Positions 21,346-30,917 of a stretch of DNA of 32,000 nucleotides are shown here, piece after piece. The position numbers and the translations under genes are program-made. The notes under the pieces were generated by a model, which was not told where the DNA came from, ran no database searches, and saw only the letters and a program-made list of their open reading frames with translations. The DNA comes from Acinetobacter wanghuae (GTDB lineage Bacteria > Pseudomonadota > Gammaproteobacteria > Pseudomonadales > Moraxellaceae): assembly GCF_009557235.1 (NCBI RefSeq), contig NZ_CP045650.1, positions 2,735,766 through 2,767,765 on the forward strand, read 5' to 3'. The stretch's first letter is position 1. Each line of letters begins with the position of its first letter.

Positions 21346-22308
21346 ATGGAAACAATTGGTACGCTTTGGCTGTATCTGGCATTTTTTGGCATCGTACTTG
21401 TGATGCTTGTGATCGACTTTTTAGGCTTTAAACAAAAACAAGGTCAGGAAATCAAACTTAAAACCGCAGCGTATTGGAGCATCGCTTGGGTGAGCGTTGC
21501 AACTTTATTTGGTGGTGGTTTATGGCTTTACTTGCAACAAACTGCAGGTGTCACGATTGCCAATGCAAAAGTCATGGAATACTTTGCAGGTTATCTCTTA
21601 GAAAAATCCTTAGCGATTGATAACGTCTTTGTTTGGCTGATGATCTTTGCTGCATTTGCGATTCCACCCGCTTTACAACGTAAATTGCTGCTCTACGGTG
21701 TACTGGGCGCCATTGTTTTACGTACCATTTTTATTTTTATTGGTGCGTGGTTCGTTCAAGAGTTTTCTTGGGTGCTGTATATCTTTGGAGCATTCTTGGT
21801 CTATACCGGTTTCAAATTCCTCAAAGGACAAGAAGACGATCCCAATATCGAAGATATGGCAATTTTAAAATGGCTACGTAAGCGTATGCGCATTACACCT
21901 ACCATGGAAGATGACAAATTCTTCGTTCGTAAAGATGGCTTACTTTGGGTCACGCCGTTGTTCTTGGTTCTGATTTTGGTTGAAGCATCGGATGTGATTT
22001 TTGCGGTCGATTCCATTCCTGCCATTTTCGCGGTCACCACCGATCCCTTCATTGTGTTAACCGCAAATTTGATGGCAATTTTAGGTTTGCGCGCAATGTT
22101 CTTCTTGCTTTCTGGTGCTGCATCGAAAATGCATTATTTACCTTATGGTCTCGGTATTATTTTATTGTTCATTGGCTTCAAAATGTTGATGCTCGATGTG
22201 TTCCATATGCCAATTTGGATTTCCTTAAGCTTTATTGTGCTTGTGCTTGCCATCACCGCATTTTTATCAATTCGACATAGTAAAAAGCATCACGAAACAA
22301 CACTATAA
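21346..22308 (+). CDS. TerC/Alx-family integral membrane protein (putative Mn2+/redox-related exporter)
   Basis: It has the TerC-family motifs (EKSLAIDNVFVW, VEASDVIFAVDSIPAIFAVT) and about 9 TM helices. The ORF track starts at 21331; I use the ATG at 21346, which has GGAGGA 5 nt upstream (METIGTLWLYLAFFG). Confidence 0.9.
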   Translation: METIGTLWLYLAFFGIVLVMLVIDFLGFKQKQGQEIKLKTAAYWSIAWVSVATLFGGGLWLYLQQTAGVTIANAKVMEYFAGYLLEKSLAIDNVFVWLMIFAAFAIPPALQRKLLLYGVLGAIVLRTIFIFIGAWFVQEFSWVLYIFGAFLVYTGFKFLKGQEDDPNIEDMAILKWLRKRMRITPTMEDDKFFVRKDGLLWVTPLFLVLILVEASDVIFAVDSIPAIFAVTTDPFIVLTANLMAILGLRAMFFLLSGAASKMHYLPYGLGIILLFIGFKMLMLDVFHMPIWISLSFIVLVLAITAFLSIRHSKKHHETTL

Positions 22309-22324
22309 ACATTCTTATTCAATC

Positions 22325-22352
22325 AAAAGCCTTCCGTTCGGAGGGCTTTTTT
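22325..22352 (+). terminator. Rho-independent terminator of the TerC-family gene
   Basis: GCCTTCC-GTTC-GGAGGGC followed by TTTTTT. Confidence 0.8.
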
Positions 22353-22493
22353 AGCTTTGGAATAACCATACTATATAAATGCATGGCAGCAAATTTTGAT
22401 AAAAAAGGCTCTATTTAAAATCAATACAGCAGGTTTTCATCACAGAACTTCAGGTACAATCAATTGAAAAAATGACAAAGTAAAGGGTTAAAA

Positions 22494-23819
22494 ATGTCTT
22501 CTTTAGTTGCAACGACGGCAGTCCGCGGTCGCTTCCTCGATATTCAAAATACGGTTGCCCAAGCGCGTGATATTCACGCCCAAGTGCGCTATGTAGAAGA
22601 TGGTTTACTCATCACACAAAATGGTAAAATTCAGTGGTTTGGGACATGGCAAGAAGGGCAATATCAACTTTCTCCAAACACCCAGGTTGAGCATTATCCA
22701 GAACAACTCATTATTCCCGGTTTCATCGATACACACATTCATTTCCCACAAACCGAAATGGTCGGCGCTTATGGTGAACAGCTTTTAGAATGGCTCAACA
22801 CCTATACATTCCCCACCGAAATCCAATTTAAAGACCCAGACTATTCAGCGAAAATCGCACAGTTCTTTATCCAAGAATTACTAAAAAATGGTACTACAAC
22901 TGCACTCGTGTTTTGTACGGTGCATCCTGAATCGGTGAATGCGTTATTTGAAGCAGCCACCGCGCAAAATATGCGTCTGATTGCCGGTAAAGTCTTGATG
23001 GACCGTCATGCACCTGAAGCGCTAATGGATACCGCAGACACAGCTTACAGTGAATCTAAAACGTTAATTGAAAAATGGCACGGCAATGGGCGTAATCTGT
23101 ATGCCATCACGCCTCGTTTTGCTCCGACATCAACTTCTGAACAACTCGAAAAAGCAGGGCAGCTGAAAGCTGAATATCCAGATGTTTATGTGCATACCCA
23201 TTTAAGTGAAAATAAAAATGAAGTTGCATGGGTGAAAGAACTCTTCCCTGAACGTCAAGGCTACCTCGATGTTTATGACCATTATGGATTAACAGGTTCA
23301 AAATCGGTCTTTGCACATTGCGTACATTTAGAAGAAGACGAATGGCAATGTATGCATAAAACTGATTCTGCCATCGCATTTTGCCCAACCTCAAACTTGT
23401 TCTTGGGCAGTGGTTTATTCCCATTGAAAAAAGCATGGCAAGCAGGCGTAAAAGTCGGCTTAGGCACAGATATCGGGGCAGGGACGTCATTTAACCAATT
23501 ACAAACTTTGAATGAAGCCTACAAAGTGCAACAACTTCAAGGTGATAAGCTTTCGGCATTTGAATCGCTTTATCATGCAACCATCGGTGGTGCAAAAGCC
23601 TTAAGCTTGGATGATAAACTCGGTAACTTTAATGTCGGAAAAGAAGCAGATTTTGTTGTTTTAGATTTGAATGCAACCGCGTTACAGCAACTGCGTCAGT
23701 CCAAAACTAAAAATATAGAAGATGCATTCTTTGCCTTAATGACCCTAGGTGATGATCGCAATATTGCTGCGACTTATATTTATGGACACAAAGCATATGT
23801 CAAAAAATCAAGTGACTAA
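22494..23819 (+). CDS. guaD: Guanine deaminase
   Basis: The ORF is 441 aa. It is an amidohydrolase with PGFIDTHIHFPQTEMVGAYGEQLLEWLNTYTFPTE, HLSEN and GTDIGAG, which look guanine-deaminase-like throughout. Confidence 0.9.
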   Translation: MSSLVATTAVRGRFLDIQNTVAQARDIHAQVRYVEDGLLITQNGKIQWFGTWQEGQYQLSPNTQVEHYPEQLIIPGFIDTHIHFPQTEMVGAYGEQLLEWLNTYTFPTEIQFKDPDYSAKIAQFFIQELLKNGTTTALVFCTVHPESVNALFEAATAQNMRLIAGKVLMDRHAPEALMDTADTAYSESKTLIEKWHGNGRNLYAITPRFAPTSTSEQLEKAGQLKAEYPDVYVHTHLSENKNEVAWVKELFPERQGYLDVYDHYGLTGSKSVFAHCVHLEEDEWQCMHKTDSAIAFCPTSNLFLGSGLFPLKKAWQAGVKVGLGTDIGAGTSFNQLQTLNEAYKVQQLQGDKLSAFESLYHATIGGAKALSLDDKLGNFNVGKEADFVVLDLNATALQQLRQSKTKNIEDAFFALMTLGDDRNIAATYIYGHKAYVKKSSD

Positions 23820-24031
23820 AGGGCAGGGTCGACAACTGCTTTTATTGGCTATTGTGGCGATCGCCACGTTTGGCTTGAAGCGCGATTCGCAAAAACCTAA
23901 AAAATGATTACATTTACAGCAAGCAAAATAGGTGCATCTACCCCATGGATGTATTAAAATTGCAGATATAACAGGTGTTGCAAGTCAACGCCTTTTTTAT
24001 TTTGCTATTTTTACTTTTTAGGTATCTACCC

Positions 24032-24559
24032 ATGACCGTTCAAATGAGCGTAATGATTTCCGCTGAAGAAATTCATGCTAAAGTCAAAGAGCTTGGTGCT
24101 CAAATCGATGCACACTATGCCAATAGTGACAAAGAACTTGTGCTCATCGGTTTATTACGCGGTTCAGTGATTTTCATGGCTGACTTATGTCGTGCCATTA
24201 CAAAGCCTCATGAACTCGACTTCATGACTGTCTCAAGCTACGGCGGTAGTACAGTATCTTCACGTGATGTAAGAATCTTAAAAGATTTGGACGGTGAAAT
24301 CCGTGGTAAAGATGTATTGGTGGTTGAAGATATTATCGACTCAGGCAATACCTTGAGCAAAGTATTAGAAATTTTAGAAACACGCCAACCTAACTCAATT
24401 CAATTATGTACGTTGGTCAGCAAACCTTCACGCCGTGAAATTGAGCTTGATGTGAAATTCCTTGGTTTTGAAGTAGAAGATAAATTTATCGTGGGCTACG
24501 GTTTAGACTACGATCAAAAATATCGTCATATCCCATTTATTGGTGAAATTGGTCTTTAA
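24032..24559 (+). CDS. hpt: Hypoxanthine phosphoribosyltransferase
   Basis: It has the PRPP-binding motif [14 protein letters not shown] and a C-terminal [17 protein letters not shown]. The ORF track start (23975) is a non-ATG extension through a hydrophobic artefact. I use the ATG at 24032; the ATG at 24044 is also possible. Confidence 0.9.
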   Translation: MTVQMSVMISAEEIHAKVKELGAQIDAHYANSDKELVLIGLLRGSVIFMADLCRAITKPHELDFMTVSSYGGSTVSSRDVRILKDLDGEIRGKDVLVVEDIIDSGNTLSKVLEILETRQPNSIQLCTLVSKPSRREIELDVKFLGFEVEDKFIVGYGLDYDQKYRHIPFIGEIGL

Positions 24560-24570
24560 GATCATGTGAT

Positions 24571-24599
24571 AAAAAAAGTGGCTTTATGTCACTTTTTTT
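24571..24599 (+). terminator. Rho-independent terminator of hpt
   Basis: AAAGTGGC-TTTAT-GTCACTTT followed by a T run. Confidence 0.7.
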
Positions 24600-24730
24600 A
24601 TGCCTAAAATTCACTATCAGAATGAACAAAAAAACAACACGACGTTGCAGTAATCCTCTGTTTCAAGAGCCTATTTCCCTTCAAGATGAAATTATCCAAA
24701 TATATTTTCATGATAATAAGGAGTCTGTTT

Positions 24731-24988
24731 ATGTGGTCAATTATTGTTGCCATTGTTATCGGTTTTATTGCAGGTTTAATCGCACGTGCAATCCATCCGG
24801 GGAATGATAAAGCAGGCTTTATTATGACGACCGTTCTCGGGATTGCAGGTTCATTGGTTGCGACCTTTGCAGGACGCGCACTTGGTTTATATTCTGAAGG
24901 TTCAGCAGCTGGATTTATCGCATCTGTGATTGGTGCCATTATTATTCTGTTTATCTATAACATGGTCACCAAGAAGAAAACAGTTTAA
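24731..24988 (+). CDS. GlsB/YeaQ/YmgE-family (transglycosylase-associated) small stress membrane protein
   Basis: The protein is 85 aa from the ATG at 24731, with AAGGAG 8 nt upstream. The sequence MWSIIVAIVIGFIAGLIARAI.PG....GFIMTTVLGIAGSLVATFAG is the typical family pattern. The ORF track start at 24686 is over-extended. Confidence 0.85.
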   Translation: MWSIIVAIVIGFIAGLIARAIHPGNDKAGFIMTTVLGIAGSLVATFAGRALGLYSEGSAAGFIASVIGAIIILFIYNMVTKKKTV

Positions 24989-25010
24989 ATATAAAACTTT
25001 ATTTTTCATT

Positions 25011-25040
25011 AAAAAAAGCACCTAAAGTGGTGCTTTTTTT
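25011..25040. terminator. Bidirectional terminator between the convergent YeaQ-like and dsbC-like genes
   Basis: AAAAAAA-GCACC-TAAAGT-GGTGC-TTTTTTT. Confidence 0.8.
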
Positions 25041-25070
25041 AATATCAGGTATTTAAGAAAAATACATCTT

Positions 25071-25772
25071 TTATAGACCTAATTCTTTAAACATTTTTTC
25101 AATTTCTTCAGCAGGGTAGGCACCCATTACTTTAAAGCCATTTGAGAAAATAATGGCAGGGGTTCCGTTTAGATTGAGAGATTTAGCTAAATCGATATTG
25201 CGTTGAATCGGGTTAGCACATGTTTTACTGGTTTTCGGTTGCAAACCGCTCACAATTAAATCATGCCATGCTTGAGCCGGATTTTTTTCACAGAACAATT
25301 GTTTTGATGGCGCAATAGATTGAGATTTTAACGGCAATACAAAGGTATAAATGGTCACATCATTTAACTTCGCTAGCTCTAACTCAAGTTGTTTACAATA
25401 TGGGCAATTTGGATCAGAAAAGATCGCAATTTGACGTTTTCCGTTTCCTTTAACCGTTTTTAAAGCATCACTGAACGGTAGTTTTTTCCAATCCACACTA
25501 TTTTGCTTTAAGACCAAATCACGGGTTAGATTATGCTGATCTTGAATGCGGAGCATTGAGCCCGCGATGATATGTTTAGCATCTTGATTTAAGTAAACCA
25601 CTTGTCCTTGTATAGAGCCGCTGTAAATACCTTGCATCTCGGTGGTTTGAATATTTTCAATTTTTAAATTTGGACTATTTTTTATTAGATTGGCTTTTAC
25701 AGTTTCCACATTAGCAGAAGCAAAAGATGACATCAGGGCGGCACATGCCAACAGCATGGTTTTCTTATACAT
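25071..25772 (-). CDS. Periplasmic thiol:disulfide interchange protein, DsbC/DsbG family
   Basis: The ORF is 233 aa. It has a signal peptide MYKKTMLLACAALMSSFASA, an N-terminal dimerisation domain and a thioredoxin fold with active site CPYC. Confidence 0.88.
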   Translation of the reverse strand: MYKKTMLLACAALMSSFASANVETVKANLIKNSPNLKIENIQTTEMQGIYSGSIQGQVVYLNQDAKHIIAGSMLRIQDQHNLTRDLVLKQNSVDWKKLPFSDALKTVKGNGKRQIAIFSDPNCPYCKQLELELAKLNDVTIYTFVLPLKSQSIAPSKQLFCEKNPAQAWHDLIVSGLQPKTSKTCANPIQRNIDLAKSLNLNGTPAIIFSNGFKVMGAYPAEEIEKMFKELGL

Positions 25773-25876
25773 TAATGATTACTCATGATACAGAGGATGA
25801 TGCTGTTGATTCTAATCTTGAAATCAACAAAGTTAAGCGTGTTTTATGTTTCAGCGACGATAAAAATGAATACTTA

Positions 25877-25892
25877 GGTTCCACGTGGAACA
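25877..25892. promoter_or_regulatory. parS centromere-like ParB binding site
   Basis: GGTTCCACGTGGAACA has a perfect 14-bp palindromic core GTTCCACGTGGAAC. It matches 15/16 to TGTTCCACGTGGAACA, the parS form I recall from Pseudomonas, and belongs to the TGTTNCACGTGAAACA consensus family. It lies about 6 kb from the oriC DnaA boxes. Confidence 0.7.
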
Positions 25893-26142
25893 TGCATCGT
25901 ACTTTAATATTTTCTTTAGACAGTTTTTTTCCTCAAATTTGCATGATAGGAATAAATATCCGAGACAAAGATACCAACATAATCTCAAAATTATTTTTAT
26001 CTTATTATTCAATTCATTACATAAATAAAAACCAATTCCATGGATTATACATTGATCTCAAAATGATTAACACTTAACCTTGATTTTCAAGATAAAAATG
26101 ATGATTCAAGTTTTATTGAATCCAAAGCGATAAGTTAAAAAT

Positions 26143-27339
26143 ATGAATCAACAATCATGGCAGCCTTTTCTCATGGTCAGCCTCACGCTCATTATGGGAA
26201 TGATCGGTACTGCTCTTGCAAGTCCACTCTATCCAATTTATCAAGAAGTATGGCAACTCGCACCAAGTCAGATTACCTATATCTTTGTTGCCTATATGTT
26301 TGGCTGTTTATCCACTTTACTGTTTTTTGGTCGAACCAGTAACAGTATTGGTTTTCTGAAAACCTTAAAAATTGGCATGTTACTTGTTTGTTTTGGCTTA
26401 ATTTTATCAATATTCGCACAAGGTGCTATTAGTTTATCCCTCGGTCGATTTGTGATTGGGATTGCATCAGGTCTGATTACGACTTCTGCTTTGGTCGGTT
26501 TGATGCACACCATGCCCACAAAATTTCAAGCGGCTTCATCACAAATTATTTCTATTATTACCGTCATTGGTTTCGGTTTAGGACCTTTTGTCGGAGGATT
26601 GATTGGTCAATTCTCCAAATATCCTTTAGTGATGCCTTATATTCCAGTCACTATCGGTGCCGTATTGTGTTTTATCGGACTCTGTCGCATGCAAGCGCCT
26701 GTATTTAAAGCACAGCCTTTTAGCATGGCACCAAAACTTGAACGACCCAAAGTAGAATTTAATTCCACATTTGCCATTGTAGTCATGACTGCCTTTTGTA
26801 CCTTTGCTGCGTTTAGTTTATTTGCCTCATTATCGCCGTCTTTTGCACGTGAAGTTTTGCCTTGGCATGGCCCACTCATTACAGGCTCATCCATTACGGT
26901 TATTTTGATCGTTTCAGGTCTATCGCAATGGTGTGCCAGACATCTCAAAGCTGTTCATTGCTTGAGTCTGGGATTATTTGGCATGTCGATGAGTCTCATT
27001 GTTCTTGCATTGTGTATGTACTTAAAAATCAGTCTCTTATTCTTTATCAGCGCAATACTTTTTGGGATCGGACATGGTATTGCACTCATGGGGGCTTTTG
27101 GTTTAATTCAAGTGATGACAGATAGTGCCAACCGTGCTGCTGTGACCTCGACCTATTTATTTTGTGGCTATCTAGGTGCAATTATTCCGATTTTATTGGC
27201 AGGTTGGTGTGCAGACCATTATGGTTTAAGTCTGAGTGTCATCCTGTATTGTGTGATTATTGCCACAATCTGTTTTGCTTTATGGTTAACCTTTAAAACC
27301 ATACTGAAATCAAATGCATTAAAAAAAGCCCTCGATTAA
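26143..27339 (+). CDS. MFS transporter (12-TM; substrate unknown)
   Basis: The ORF is 398 aa and hydrophobic throughout. It has an MFS-like loop motif GRTSNSIG after TM2. I cannot assign a specific subfamily by eye. Confidence 0.8.
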   Translation: MNQQSWQPFLMVSLTLIMGMIGTALASPLYPIYQEVWQLAPSQITYIFVAYMFGCLSTLLFFGRTSNSIGFLKTLKIGMLLVCFGLILSIFAQGAISLSLGRFVIGIASGLITTSALVGLMHTMPTKFQAASSQIISIITVIGFGLGPFVGGLIGQFSKYPLVMPYIPVTIGAVLCFIGLCRMQAPVFKAQPFSMAPKLERPKVEFNSTFAIVVMTAFCTFAAFSLFASLSPSFAREVLPWHGPLITGSSITVILIVSGLSQWCARHLKAVHCLSLGLFGMSMSLIVLALCMYLKISLLFFISAILFGIGHGIALMGAFGLIQVMTDSANRAAVTSTYLFCGYLGAIIPILLAGWCADHYGLSLSVILYCVIIATICFALWLTFKTILKSNALKKALD

Positions 27340-27350
27340 GGGCTTTTTTT
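27321..27350. terminator. Bidirectional terminator between the convergent MFS and mnmE genes (overlaps the MFS stop codon)
   Basis: AAAAAAA-GCCCT-CGATTA-AGGGC-TTTTTTT. Confidence 0.8.
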
Positions 27351-27365
27351 AATCTGGTTTAAAAA

Positions 27366-28721
27366 TTACTTTCCAATACAGAATGAGCCGAAGATTTTGC
27401 CGAGCAAATCATCTGCACTGAAATCACCGGTAATTTCGCCTAAAGCATTTTGAGCAAGACGCAATGACTCAGCGACCAGTTCACCTGCGTTATAGACGAC
27501 TAATTGTTCACGTGCTTCCGCCAAATAGATTTGTGTGCGCTTCATTGCGTCCAAATGGCGTGTGCGCGCAATAAAGGTATCTTCTTCAGGTTGGAAGCCT
27601 GCATGCGCTGTAATCGCATCTATGAGCGATTGAACACCTGTTTCGAGCTTCGCTGAGACAGTAATGTGACGGAAACCTTTTAAATCACCTATTGCAGCAT
27701 CGATTCCCGTTAGATCACATTTATTACCAATTAACATTAAGCGTTTTGGTTCAATGTGTTCAGCGAAATATTCTTGAGCCAATTGCAGCGGATCATCACC
27801 TTGGCTTAAGTCATACACCAAGAGCAGCAAATCGGCCTGTTCAATTTCCTTGATTGCGCGGCGAATCCCTTCTTTTTCCACAACATCACCGGTTTCACGT
27901 AAACCCGCTGTATCGGTGAGGGTCATTGGCAAGCCATTTAAACTGATTTTTTCATGCAGTACATCACGCGTTGTCCCAGCAATATCAGTCACAATAGCGC
28001 GTTCAACGCCTGCTAAAGCATTCAGTAAAGATGACTTTCCGGCATTAGGTTTACCTGCAATGACCACTTGTAAACCTTCACGTAGCAATTGCCCCTGACG
28101 TGCCGATTGTTGGACTTGGCTGACCGCTGTGGTCACACCATCCAATAATTTTAAGATTTTACCATCCGCTAAAAAGTCGATTTCTTCTTCTGGGAAATCA
28201 ATCGCGGCTTCCACATGTAAACGCAAATGGATGAGTTGCTCAAGCACCGTATTCACTTTGCTTGAAAATGCGCCTTGCAATGAACGCACGGCAGAACGTG
28301 CAGCTGCCTGAGAACTAGCATCAATCAAATCAGCAATGGCTTCTGCTTGAACCAAATCCATTTTGCCATTTTCAAATGCACGCATGGAAAATTCACCGGC
28401 TTTGGCTGCCATCGCACCGAGTTCAAGCACGCGTGCGAGCAAGGTATTCTGAATAACAGGTCCACCATGACCTTGGAGTTCCACCACATCTTCGCCCGTA
28501 AATGAATGCGGATTAGGGAAGCACAGCACCAAACCTTCATCCATAATTTCGCCTGAGGCATAGTAAAACTTACGGAAACCCGCGAAGCGTGCTTTAGGCA
28601 ATTCTTGTTGTGTCAGTGCTTGCGCAATGGCATAAGATTTTGGACCGGATAGGCGAATCACACCGACGCCACCACGACCGGGTGGTGTGGCAATTGCAGC
28701 AATCGTGGTTCGGTTTTGCAT
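27366..28721 (-). CDS. mnmE: tRNA uridine-5-carboxymethylaminomethyl modification GTPase
   Basis: It has the G1 motif GKPNAGKSSLLNAL, DTAGLR, NKCDL and the C-terminal signature FCIGK. The ORF track starts at a GTG (28730); I use the ATG at 28721, which has AGGTG 6 nt upstream. Confidence 0.95.
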   Translation of the reverse strand: MQNRTTIAAIATPPGRGGVGVIRLSGPKSYAIAQALTQQELPKARFAGFRKFYYASGEIMDEGLVLCFPNPHSFTGEDVVELQGHGGPVIQNTLLARVLELGAMAAKAGEFSMRAFENGKMDLVQAEAIADLIDASSQAAARSAVRSLQGAFSSKVNTVLEQLIHLRLHVEAAIDFPEEEIDFLADGKILKLLDGVTTAVSQVQQSARQGQLLREGLQVVIAGKPNAGKSSLLNALAGVERAIVTDIAGTTRDVLHEKISLNGLPMTLTDTAGLRETGDVVEKEGIRRAIKEIEQADLLLLVYDLSQGDDPLQLAQEYFAEHIEPKRLMLIGNKCDLTGIDAAIGDLKGFRHITVSAKLETGVQSLIDAITAHAGFQPEEDTFIARTRHLDAMKRTQIYLAEAREQLVVYNAGELVAESLRLAQNALGEITGDFSADDLLGKIFGSFCIGK

Positions 28722-28756
28722 AAAATTCACCTAGAAAAAAACAGAAAATACAGACA

Positions 28757-28794
28757 AAGAAAAATCCGCCTAAGATTACCATCTTAAGCGGATT
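28757..28794 (-). terminator. Terminator-like hairpin after yidC
   Basis: The minus strand reads AATCCGCTTAAGAT-GGTA-ATCTTAGGCGGATT (one mismatch) followed by TTTTCTTTG. Confidence 0.65.
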
Positions 28795-28815
28795 TATTCA
28801 GCTCATCAGCAAGAC

Positions 28816-30582
28816 TTAGTTTGCTGGGGTCGCTTCATCACGTTTAGCACGATCTTTTTCAACTGATTTGTTGATCAAACTTTGCTGCAAAATGGTAATA
28901 CTGTTGTTACAGATCCAGTACAAAACCAAGCCCGCAGGGAAGAACAACATAAATACAGTGAAGATGATCGGCATGATCTTGAACACCTTCGCTTGCATTG
29001 GATCAGCAGGTTGTGGATTCAACATTTGTTGGATGAACATCGTCGCGCCCATCAACAACGGTAGAATAAACCACGGATCCATAGAAGATAAATCTTGAAT
29101 CCAGAGCAACCATGGCGCATGACGAAGTTCAACAGACTCCATCAATACCCAATACAATGCTAAGAAAATTGGCATTTGTAGAAGTAACGGTAAGCAACCC
29201 GCAAGTGGATTCACTTGTTCACGTTTGTACAATGCCATCATTTCTTGAGAGAAGCGCATACGGTCTTCACCGAATTCTTCTTTCATACGTTGCATTTCAG
29301 GTGCAATCACACGCATTTTAGCCATTGAGCGATAGCTCTTCGACGACAATGGCCACAGGATCAGTTTTACTAGAATGGTCAATAAAATAATTGCCCAACC
29401 CCAGTTACCCACTAAACCGTGGAAGAATTCAAGACCAACAAATAACAACTTCGCAATTGGCCATAACCAACCGTAATCTACAGTTTGGTTCAAGCCCGCT
29501 GCCAAATCTTTTAATTCAGATTGAATTTTAGGACCTGAATAGAACTGCGCATCAATCTCAGCCACAGTACCTGCAGGTACATTAAATGCTGGAGATGTAA
29601 AACCAATGATATTCATATCATCAGTTGATTTGCGTGATTCTAATTTCGCTGTATATGCTTCACCATTGGCTTGAGTCAGCTTTAAGTTACCTGGAATCCA
29701 TGCACTCACGAAGTAATGCTGAACCATAGCAACCCAACCACCTTTCGCTTCAGTAGTTAATTTTTCTTCAACAAAATTGTTGAATTTCAATTTATTGTAC
29801 TGCTCGTCTGGTGTACCCCATGCGCCGCCAAGGAATGTACCTAGCGTGAAGATACCTTGGTCTGATTTACCTGGATCTTCAGAGTTATCACGTTTGAGCT
29901 GACCAAACATTTGACCTTGCCAGTTTTGACCACTGCGGTTCACCACTTTGTGGTTCACAACAACAGGGTATTCACCCGCGGTAAAGTTGAAGGTCTTAAT
30001 GATCTCGATGCCATCAGCAGTTTTAAGGACTAGAGGAACAGATAAAACTTGAATATCTTTACCGTCTTTACCTTTTGCTGGTTTTGCATCTGCCAATGTA
30101 TAAGCTGTTTTTTCTAACTCATACGTTGGACGACCATTACGGCTGCTGTCAGGCCCATTTAAGCCCACTAAACCAGATTGAGCGACATAAGTACGTTTTG
30201 CATCACTTTCAAGCATAACAAAGGGCTCATCGCTGTCTTTGTTTTTGTCATGATTGAGCAATTCAACACGAACAATATCACCACCTTTTGGACTAATCCA
30301 AAGGTGATACAGGTCAGTTTGAACAGAAATAAGCTGTTGACTTACAGGTGCGGTGGCATCCGTAGCTTGCTGTGCTGGCATATTTGCTTGTGGCACATCA
30401 GACGCTGCTGTTGCAACGGTCTGACTATTTGGCAGATCTGCAGATACTTCATGCGAAACAACCGCAGCTTCTTGCTGAGGTTTGGTTTCTGCTGTTCCGT
30501 AATCTTTTTGCCAAGCCAAAATGAGCAAATATGCGACAACAAACATGGCTCCGAGAATGGCAATCCTGGCCCATTGTTGCAT
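28816..30582 (-). CDS. yidC: Membrane protein insertase YidC
   Basis: The ORF is 588 aa with an N-terminal TM, a large periplasmic P1 domain and the conserved C-terminal 5-TM core (..KMRVIAPEMQRMKEEFGEDR..YKREQVNPLAGCLPLLLQMPIFLALYW..). It sits in the conserved rpmH-rnpA-yidD-yidC-mnmE context. Confidence 0.95.
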   Translation of the reverse strand: MQQWARIAILGAMFVVAYLLILAWQKDYGTAETKPQQEAAVVSHEVSADLPNSQTVATAASDVPQANMPAQQATDATAPVSQQLISVQTDLYHLWISPKGGDIVRVELLNHDKNKDSDEPFVMLESDAKRTYVAQSGLVGLNGPDSSRNGRPTYELEKTAYTLADAKPAKGKDGKDIQVLSVPLVLKTADGIEIIKTFNFTAGEYPVVVNHKVVNRSGQNWQGQMFGQLKRDNSEDPGKSDQGIFTLGTFLGGAWGTPDEQYNKLKFNNFVEEKLTTEAKGGWVAMVQHYFVSAWIPGNLKLTQANGEAYTAKLESRKSTDDMNIIGFTSPAFNVPAGTVAEIDAQFYSGPKIQSELKDLAAGLNQTVDYGWLWPIAKLLFVGLEFFHGLVGNWGWAIILLTILVKLILWPLSSKSYRSMAKMRVIAPEMQRMKEEFGEDRMRFSQEMMALYKREQVNPLAGCLPLLLQMPIFLALYWVLMESVELRHAPWLLWIQDLSSMDPWFILPLLMGATMFIQQMLNPQPADPMQAKVFKIMPIIFTVFMLFFPAGLVLYWICNNSITILQQSLINKSVEKDRAKRDEATPAN

Positions 30583-30587
30583 ATGTT

Positions 30588-30908
30588 TTACCCCAAGTGG
30601 TTAGAGTGATTTTGGTTCATTAAACGATCACGAAAGGGTACAACAACGTGACGCGTTTGAGAATCTATTTGCTGAAATGAAATAAAACGAATCGCTTTTG
30701 GGGGAACAGGGTCAAATCCTGAGCCACCCCACGGATGACAACGGCAAATACGCTTTGTAGCGAGCCACACACCACGTACAGCGCCATGTGTATGGACTGC
30801 TTCCAATGAATATTGAGAACAAGTTGGAATATAGCGACAGCGCGGTCCAAGTAAGGGACTGATCGCAATCTGATAGAAACGAATGAACCAATGTAGTAAA
30901 CGTACCAT
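30588..30908 (-). CDS. yidD: Membrane protein insertion efficiency factor YidD
   Basis: It has the YidD signature [29 protein letters not shown]...G.WLA.KRI.RCHPW. At 106 aa it carries a C-terminal tail about 25-30 aa longer than the ~85-aa E. coli protein. Confidence 0.9.
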   Translation of the reverse strand: MVRLLHWFIRFYQIAISPLLGPRCRYIPTCSQYSLEAVHTHGAVRGVWLATKRICRCHPWGGSGFDPVPPKAIRFISFQQIDSQTRHVVVPFRDRLMNQNHSNHLG

Positions 30909-30917
30909 TGGCTGTCT

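Noticed and set aside
25727-26077. 116-codon ORF across the dsbC-like/MFS intergenic region; it contains the parS site.
   Set aside because: The listed ATG overlaps the dsbC-like 5' end antisense by 46 nt. The next in-frame ATG (25775) is 3 nt from the divergent dsbC-like start, which leaves no promoter room. There is no SD and no recognisable family, and the I/N/K/F/Y-rich composition is typical of AT-rich non-coding DNA. An open frame this long in AT-rich DNA is unusual, so I reject it only tentatively; conservation analysis would settle it.
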